The notes under the pieces: generated by a model
What the model saw: only the letters and a program-made list of their open reading frames with translations
Told to the model about the DNA's origin: nothing
The model's database searches: none
In this document: positions 55,493 to 64,000 of the stretch, piece after piece
Layout of the letters: each line of letters begins with the position of its first letter
How positions within the stretch are numbered: position 1 is the first letter of the stretch
Assembly: GCA_951406725.2 (NCBI GenBank)
Contig: OX597815.1
Location: forward strand, 19,530,001-19,594,000
Origin: Octopus vulgaris
Taxonomy: Eukaryota
Direction: 5' to 3'
Length of the DNA stretch: 64,000 bases
Made by a program: the position numbers and the translations under genes

Positions 55493-55745
55493 GTAGAAGC
55501 ACATGGCCTAGTGGTTAGAGCAGCGAACTCGAGGTCGAGGGATCGCGGGTTCGAATCTCAGACCGGGCGATGTGTGTGTTTATGACCGAAAACACCTAAG
55601 CTCTACGCGGCTCTTTCGCCACAACTCTTTCCTCCTGCATCTTGCAGCTCACCTGCGACGGACCGGCGTCCCGTCCAGGTGGGGAACCTATACGCCAAGA
55701 AACCGGGAAACCGGCACTTATGAGCCAGGCGAGGCTCGAGAAGGA
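55493..55745 (+). mobile_element. SINE family C with internal deletion
   Basis: A and B boxes; 13-bp TSD ACATAACACAGAA at 55480-55492 and 55746-55758. Confidence 0.92.
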
Positions 55746-56421
55746 ACATAACACAGAAATTAAAATCCAAAAATTTATTTAGATATAAGTATAAACCAGA
55801 ATCTTAAACATATCAATGAAGTTTTAAAAAACAATGTAATAACAAGTGAGTGTACCACATTTTACCAATCGCAGCAAGTGTGAAGTTTCCTTTATATTAT
55901 AATATAAAAAGTTGTATATATAATATAATGGGCTTTTGTAATCCCTCTTACGCGATTAAATTAAACTTTATCCTTTTTATCTTCGCAACGAAAGACTTAT
56001 CAATCGTTAGTGGATCCTTTACTTTTAATAAAAGAAAAACGAAATCATCCTGGCATTGATTTTTTTCTTCAGCTTTCCCGCTTTAGTAAAGCCATTAGTC
56101 AAATAAAAATATCGAAAAATTCACATCTGATGAAATGTTTTAGCAAAAGACAGTTGCATCGCCTTACAAGCTGAACAATAAAGTAAAGATGTTCAGTTTG
56201 CATGCCCCCATTTAGATAAGTGGTTTAGGAAATGGGCAAAATCAAAAATAGATTACTTGCTTTAAATAGAATCACTTCTACTATTGTTCTTAATGATGAG
56301 GAGATATTCAGCAATTTGTTTGAAGAGTTTAGACCAATCTTATGGGCTGGAATTTTTTAATCGATTGAAAGACGTTTTTAAAAAAAGATGTGCTGAATAT
56401 GTCGTTATACACACACACACA

Positions 56422-56524
<103 letters not shown>

Positions 56525-56671
56525 GAAACTTTAGTTTATATAATATTAATGAATCATTGCCGGAAATTGGACGCAGACATACAGACAGCTGAGGGAGCAC
56601 ACACAGACTTGAAGAGGTTTACACAAGAAAACACGCATGCGTATTCATCATCGTTACGTGCACATACATAT

Positions 56672-56704
<33 letters not shown>

Positions 56705-57540
56705 TGTGTGTCTGTGTGTGTGTGTGTGCGTGTGTGGCATGCGTGTATGTGTGTGTCTGTATGTGTGTCTGTGTGTCTTATACATATATATATATATATA
56801 TATAAGTATATATATATATATAGTTTGTGTAAAATATGAATAATGTAAAATAATGCAAAAACAGGTCACGCGTGCTAGGTATACATACATACATACATAC
56901 ATACATACAAACATACATACATGCATGCATACATACATACATACATACATATATATGTACATGCATACATATATGTATATAGATATATTCATATCTATTA
57001 ATATGTAAGTGTATATATGTTCCTTTCTTTTTATTGTAATTTTTCGCAGAAGGAAGGAGCTGATTTCTAAGGAAGAAGCGAAGTTCCGTGCAAGAATTTA
57101 AAAAATACGACAATAAGATTCACATGCTAAACTCTTAAAAAATCTTGCTTATTTCTACTTTTTCACTAACAGATTGTATTATTAAAGTATCTATCAGCTA
57201 AAGTCTCTCTTTCATGAAAATCCTAGTTTTTTCCAAATTACCACCAGGACACTTATATAAAGAAGTGCACCAATAATTATTAGTAAAAATGTAAACTTAT
57301 AACCAATGTAGAGAAGTTACAGGCTTTAATTCAGTTGTGCATATATATTCTCTTTCTCATTGATTTTCAATAGAAAATATATTCAGAATAGATGTTCGCA
57401 TAAACAGAACAGCTAACCTCCACGACCACATAGGGTTTTTCACTCCTGTCCCAACTAACTATATGTGGTCTGTTGAGTTTGCATTTGCTAAAAGTTTTGA
57501 TGGAAATATTCCAGCAATATTTCTTGAGTTGATATGTACG

Positions 57541-57764
57541 AACTGGCAGAAACGTTAGCACGCCGGGCGAAATGCGTAGCCGTATTTCGTCTGCCGTTAC
57601 GTCCTGAGTTCAAATTCCACCGAGGTCGACTTTGCCTTTCATCCTTTCAGGGTCGATAAATTAAGTACCAGTTATGCGCTGGGGTCGATGTAATCGACTT
57701 AATCCGTTTGTCTGTCCTTGTTTGTCCCCTCTGTGTTTAGCTCCTTGTGGGCAATAAAGAAACA
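57541..57764 (+). mobile_element. SINE family B
   Basis: 10-bp TSD GATATGTACG at 57531-57540 and 57765-57774. Confidence 0.93.
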
Positions 57765-57789
57765 GATATGTACGTATTCAATGGCAGAA

Positions 57790-58640
57790 GCAATGTTCCT
57801 ATTTACCCTAGGGGAATCTTGCCTGCAGATGGCGTTGTATAATATTTTAGCTAATCATTTAGTAATGGGAGGTGATAACTCGATAACATTTGGGGTTTGC
57901 TAAATACATGTGTAATATCTAGGAAAGCGGTATAATCGACATTTCTCGTTACAACTTAGAAGTTATGTAAAGGCCTTCCCAGGTTACTGATTTTTAATGG
58001 TTATTTGCCATTTTAAGTACGTGATCAGAAACAATTGTCATTTTCATGATTTTCTCGAAAATTTTCTGTATACCATCACTCAAAGCCTTGTAACCTATTT
58101 GATACCACTTTCGTGTTAATGTCCACATTTCGGTTCCATGTAGTAGATTGTGCCACATATAGCATTTTAATATCTATTTTCTGGCCCCGATATAAATTTT
58201 TCTTCTTATGTTTGACAATTCAGGAAATTATCTTCTTGCTCTCAATCCTATTTTTCTATTTCAACTTTACATTTCATGTTTACTGATCATATATATCCCA
58301 GATTTATTATCTTTGGTGTCTGTTTAATTGGCTTTCCATCAATTTTAATATTGATATTTGGTGACTTATTTTCTTGCTTCCAACCACAGATTTTACTTTC
58401 TTTATATTCATTTCCATCCCATAGGACATTCTCTTGTTTATTTACTATAGTCACAAGGTTCTATAGGTCATATATGTTGAACGCTATTAGAGTATAAATA
58501 TTTAAAGTTGCCTACGTCAATATCTCCAGATAACACTCCGGACATATTTTGTACTTCCCTGACATCTCCCTAATGTATAAACCAAGCGGACTAGAGGATG
58601 GTACACGTCCTTGACCGACTCACTTCTGAATTTTAAATTC
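57790..58640 (-). pseudogene. Heavily decayed RTE-clade LINE, RT and C-terminal region
   Basis: Ordered peptide remnants VGQGRV, YGMEMNIKKVKSVV (58382-58423), NINIKIDGKPIKQ, LLHGTEMWTLTR (58111-58146), NRLQGFE-stop-W; compare RTE motifs GVRQGC, LLYGSETWTL, RLEAFEMW. Confidence 0.75.
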
Positions 58641-58681
58641 GTTCAATATTATAATTATTATTTTTGTTGTCGTTCTTGTTG

Positions 58682-58799
<118 letters not shown>

Positions 58800-58835
58800 C
58801 ATCATCATCATCATCATCATTAATATCGTCATTAA

Positions 58836-59060
58836 GGCTGCGAGCTGGCAGAATCGTTAGCACGCCGGGCAAAATGCTGAGCGGAATTTGGTCCATCTTT
58901 ACGTTCTGAGTTCAAATTCCATCGAGGTCTACTTTGCCTTTCATCCTTTTGGGGTCGATGAAATAAATACCAGTTGAGCACTGGGGTCGATAAAATTGAC
59001 TAGCCCCACCTCATACCAAAATATTTCTGGCATTGTGCCTATAGTAGAAAGGATTATTAT
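58836..59060 (+). mobile_element. SINE family B, older subfamily with alternative tail
   Basis: Same head and centre; tail TTGTGCCTATAGTAGAAAGGATTATTAT as in the 21045 copy; follows a (TTA)n/(TCA)n tract. Confidence 0.88.
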
Positions 59061-61050
59061 TTTAGTTTGGCTCAGGTTCGGTGTCAATGAAGGTAGTAAT
59101 AATGTGGGTGGCGGGTTATTGAATTTTAATAATTTTCAAAAGCACAAATGTCTCACGCTTCCTTGTTACTGTCAAATCTTCAATGTATGTTAATTTATTA
59201 ATAACAGAAAAAGCTATATTTTTACTCCTATTTCTGAACACTTGTTGCGCACTCTGATACAAACACATCCATAGAATCACATAGAAACACACACACAGCA
59301 CACAAAACTCTCACACATTACACACACATAAAAACACACTGAGTTTGTATCAAATTACAATTCAGAAATCCATGTCAAGAGATTAGCCCCAGGAGTTAGT
59401 AGTATCGAATTTAGAAGCTCATATTAATTTTGTTGCATGCAGAATAGATAACCTTTGAAAACAAGCGAATATCAAATGCCTGGATTGTGTTTGAAAACTT
59501 AAAAAGAATAAGATTAAAAACTATTTTTAAAAGGACTACTATGACATTCCATTAAGCCTTAGGAACAATTTTTTAAACCTAGCTCAGAGAAACCTTCACG
59601 TTTAAACATACTTCTCTTTCTGCCTTATGTTGATTTTGAGGCTTTTCAAACTCTTGTAATCTAATTCTAGAAAAGAAAGAACAAAAAAACAAACAAACCA
59701 AAGGGTTCAGGTTTCCTTCGAGTTAATTAGCTCTTAAAAGGTATTCTTTGATGTCTTAAATTACAGACTTGCTGCTTCAAAGATTTCCGAGCGTAACATT
59801 AAAAACAGAACCTCCTCACTGAATATATTCTTTTGTTACTTCTATTGTCTAAATGGGATACTTCTTTACTTATTCTAATATCATTTTATTTTGCAGTTCA
59901 ATATGGCGCATATATTAGAGTTTCCGGATCATATATTATTAATTATCCGTCAACACTTTTAACGTAACTAGTACAGTAAAATTTAAGTGTCCAAATCAAT
60001 ATATTGCGCAAGTTTGCGTCAAAGTAATATCCCCTAGGAAATTATACAGAAAATGTATTAAAAAATACTAAACTAACTAACAGTGTATTGCTAGAATATA
60101 GCAACAAGTTTTTAAGAATATAAATTTCTAGAATAAACGTGTATAATTATTTACAGTATTTATATATGTTTCGTTCTACTCGATTCTTAATTGTTATCAG
60201 TTACGTATTCTTAATTTGACTTTGAACAACGAAAATGTATTTCTAAGTTTAGTACTGTACCAGTTTTCTTGACAATACAAAGCAAGTACTCTGACCGTCA
60301 TTTTGGCCACAAAACCGGAATTAAAATGCTGCTTCGCTCAAACCAATGCAAACTATTCTTATTCTTTCTTTAAAGAGCTGAAGCTATCTTTTTATCTTTA
60401 AGTTAATAAAAACATATCACATATTTTTTAGCGGAGCGACACGCCAAATGGCCGTTTCTCTTTCCACTGGGTCACTTATGTTAACAAAAAGTCATTAGCG
60501 CAAATAAATCGTTCAGTGTTGACTTGTAAAAACACGAATGTATGCATATCTTCCAGCAAACACAATTATGTAAAGCCTTCGTTGAGATTGCATATTGAAA
60601 CTTTACTGTATACATTAACGTGTAATTCAAAACTGTACTTAACAGCACATCACAAAAACACCTACCGCTTGACTACTTTCAATAATAAAGCTACTTAGAC
60701 CAATAAACGCCTGTTTTCTAATGGTACGTGTTAAATAAAAGATTATATGTATGTAACTTTCGAGTTGTTAGCTTTGTACATTCACAATTAAGAAACCTGA
60801 TAACGATCGGAAATCGAACAGATCAAAATGCAGGGGAGATATAAATATAACAGTTTTGTATACCAAAGATGAGCATTACAAACTGGAAAATTATTATCTA
60901 ATAAGCAATAACTCAGCTCAGATTCACATTTCAGAACTTGAGTAGTAACAGCACTATTCGTTTATATTGATTACTGATGTAAGTGCATGACCATCATTTT
61001 GGGAGAGGTCGTTAGTAAGCTTAATTTCGGTTACCGGCTTCACTTGGCGC

Positions 61051-61146
61051 ATTTTATGAGCATTCTATAAAGCAAGTTAGTTAGCTATACTTCCGGTGAT
61101 GTATTTTATGAGCATTTCCTATAGCAAGTTAGTTAGCTTAATTTCC
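61051..61146. repeat. 52-bp imperfect tandem duplication
   Basis: ATTTTATGAGCATT..AGCAAGTTAGTTAGCT at 61051 and 61103. Confidence 0.8.
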
Positions 61147-62194
61147 ATGGTAAAACCTAATAAAACGTTCGGAGTTTACGTACAATGGATATTTCTAGTA
61201 TTAAAACCGTTGGAAATAATCAAACCAGTATTTTATAGTCAATATAATCAACCTCTGTGCTTGAAGAGTAATTAATTTATTTATTTATCTACACGTGAAG
61301 AATATATAACTTGTACCTCGTCGCTATTTGAACAGACAACACAAGATTACTTAATTGAATCTAATATTATCTTGATGAATACTTTTCTAATTCTGTCATC
61401 CACCGCACTTTTAAATTTTAGCAAGATGTTCCAGACAATTTGCGCGCCGATACTGAAACTTTATACCCAAAGGTACTCCTGTACTTGCTAATCTGTTTAC
61501 ACAAAACACCACAGACGCAGCAATAATCAGTTCATGTCATGAATACTAATCGACGACTGAGTATTTGTTGGACCTGCTAAAATTAGCAGCCAAATCTAAT
61601 TTACATCATACCTTAATTTTTTGGGCAAAGCATATTGGCTAATGTGGTCTTCTTGACAATGGGGCTAGAAAGCAAAAACAGCACGGTCACGCAGGGATAC
61701 TTTTACTCAGAGATTTATTCAACCCGAGCTGATGTGGGCTTAAAAACAGTAACAACTGCTAAGAAAGAGCCCCTATCCGACTGTTCGAGGTGTTAGAAAT
61801 AACAGTAGAATCTGACTGAAATCACAAACTACTGTCTTAAAGAAGGGCTGTACTAAACCGTATATTCCTTAATAAAGGTATGGTTGAAGCGCATATGATC
61901 GTGCGTATGATCTCACACTGAAAATTAATTGATGGACAGTGTCAAGGAAAAATGTAAACATTTGACTAAATGTGACACTCAGATAATAAGAATGGTGATC
62001 AGTTTGAGGAATTATTTTCTGTATTTACTACAACGGCTAACATAATCCTTCAATATAATGCTGCCTTAATCCATCTTAAATCAATACTTAAAGAAAAGAC
62101 AAATTAATTGCGGTAATTGGTTCTAAGACATCAGGGTGGAGAACAAACATATATATATCTGACCTCCATTACATACTATAATTATTTCCTCTCG

Positions 62195-62225
<31 letters not shown>

Positions 62226-62482
62226 CACACATACACGTCTGTCTGACCGACTGACTATCTGTGTGTGTATATCTATCACACCATCTAACTCTCTGTCTAT
62301 GTATCGACCTATCTATCAGTCCAGCCAGCCATCTATCTTTAATCTACCTGCTAATCTTGCCTCGGTGAACCATAGATCAGTGAATCAAAAATACACATGT
62401 AGCCTCTCTCTATCTATCTCTTTCTCTCTCTCGCTTGCTCGCTCTCCCTCTCTCAACCCCTCTCTCTCTCTCTCTTTCTCTT

Positions 62483-62530
<48 letters not shown>

Positions 62531-62625
62531 TCTATGTCCAGTGAAAATAATAATAATTAATCTTGGAATGAAACAGCGGCTTTACTGGCATGAGTGCAAT
62601 ACCCTAACCTCTAGACCATTAGCCC

Positions 62626-62697
<72 letters not shown>

Positions 62698-62731
62698 GTA
62701 TATACATATATATACATATATATGTATATGT

Positions 62732-62762
<31 letters not shown>

Positions 62763-62780
62763 CATATATGTACGTATATA

Positions 62781-62842
<62 letters not shown>

Positions 62843-63777
62843 TGCATGTATGTATGTATGTATGTATGTATGTATGTATGTATGTATGTATGTATGTATG
62901 TGTGTATGTAATATTAAATTAGAGTTATTTACTATAAAGCAAGTTTATGAATAACCGCAATATTTATTGTTAGGAAGATTCAATTGTGAAAGCAAGAGTC
63001 AAATTAATTATATTCTGACACGCATTCTAAGACATGTCTGACGGCGGTCAGATTGAGATGCTGTACCAGTCAAAACGAATTTTATAACACACACGTACAC
63101 ACACACACAAAATACACACACACACACACAACACACAAAACACACACACACACACACAACACACAAAACACACACACACGCGCACACATGCATACATACA
63201 CACATACATTCATATCACAGTCTCGCTCTATTGATCAGTTTTTGTAGCTTTTATATTTATGTTTAAATTATTGCACGTTTCCAGCTAATCTACCTGTTTA
63301 TTAATCTATCAAATTTGCGTACTATCACTCTTAGTTATACACTTACTCTCCTTCTTTCTCTCTCTTCCTCTCTTTGTTTCTCTCTTCCTAACTCTCTCTC
63401 TCCCTCTCTCCCCCCCTCTCTCTCTCTCTCTCTCTCACACTACAGCCATTTTAGTTTTCCTTTCTGAGCCTCTCTCTTGCTTTCCACCTATTTATCTCCA
63501 CATATACAGATTCTCATAATCACTGAATCTGTATATTTACGTCATCTCTTCTCATCACTGTGTCTGTGTATCCGTTTCCTTAAAAATGTTATAGAACGTT
63601 TTGTCTCATGAGTAGAGACATACATCTAGAAACCATATAATTAGACAGTCGAAAGATTCCTTCGGAATTGTCCTAATCTTTATTTTCATTTTCTTAAGCA
63701 TGCACTAAAATATATACATAGATAAGCATACATACTACACATACATAAGCGCGCGCGAGTATATGTGTGTGAATATA

Positions 63778-63813
<36 letters not shown>

Positions 63814-63816
63814 CAT

Positions 63817-64000
63817 GGAGGCGCAATGGCCCAGTGGTTAAGGCAGCGGACTCGCGGTCGTAGAATCGCGGTTTCGATTCCCAGACCGGGCGTTGTGAGT
63901 GTTTATTGAGCGAAAACACCTAAAGCTACACGAGGCTCCGGCAGGGGGTGGTGGCGATCCCTGCTGTACTCTTTCACCACAACGTTCTCTCACTCTTACT
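63817..64000 (+). mobile_element. SINE family C-related (tRNA-Arg TCG-like head), runs off the window
   Basis: GGAGGCGCAATGGCCCAGTGGTTAAGGCAGCGGACTCGCGGTCG..GGTTTCGATTCCCAGACCGGGCG. Confidence 0.9.

Noticed and set aside
63817-63890. tRNA-Arg-like gene (also the heads near 47470-47540 and 55493-55565)
   Set aside because: Continues into SINE body sequence, acceptor stem does not close, and the sister copies have TSDs.

Overview
AT-rich, microsatellite-dense eukaryotic DNA with no recognisable host protein-coding gene, i.e. intergenic or deep intronic. The SINE families and repeat load suggest an Octopus or other coleoid cephalopod genome (inference from recalled family sequences, not a search). 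Nearly all supplied ORFs are translations of (TA)n, (CA)n, (TATG)n, (TAA)n or (CAT)n tracts. Supported content: three tRNA-derived SINE families (here A, B, C; several copies with target-site duplications), an older dispersed repeat (D), decayed non-LTR retrotransposon pieces (R4/Dong-type RT and 3' ends in (TAA)n, an RTE-type RT, a HERO-like 3' UTR), a non-autonomous Helitron, two TIR MITEs and a U2 snRNA 5' fragment. Most notable: (1) several short microsatellite-embedded elements carrying Penelope-type minimal hammerhead ribozyme motifs, one with an intact core joined to a folded-back tRNA-like head; (2) a 155-bp, 149/155-identical inverted repeat 3.6 kb apart, rich in homeodomain/TCF motifs; (3) recurrent fold-back palindromes at SINE ends; (4) a densely base-paired 250-nt GC-rich domain. 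All alignments were done by eye, so boundaries may be off by a few bases.
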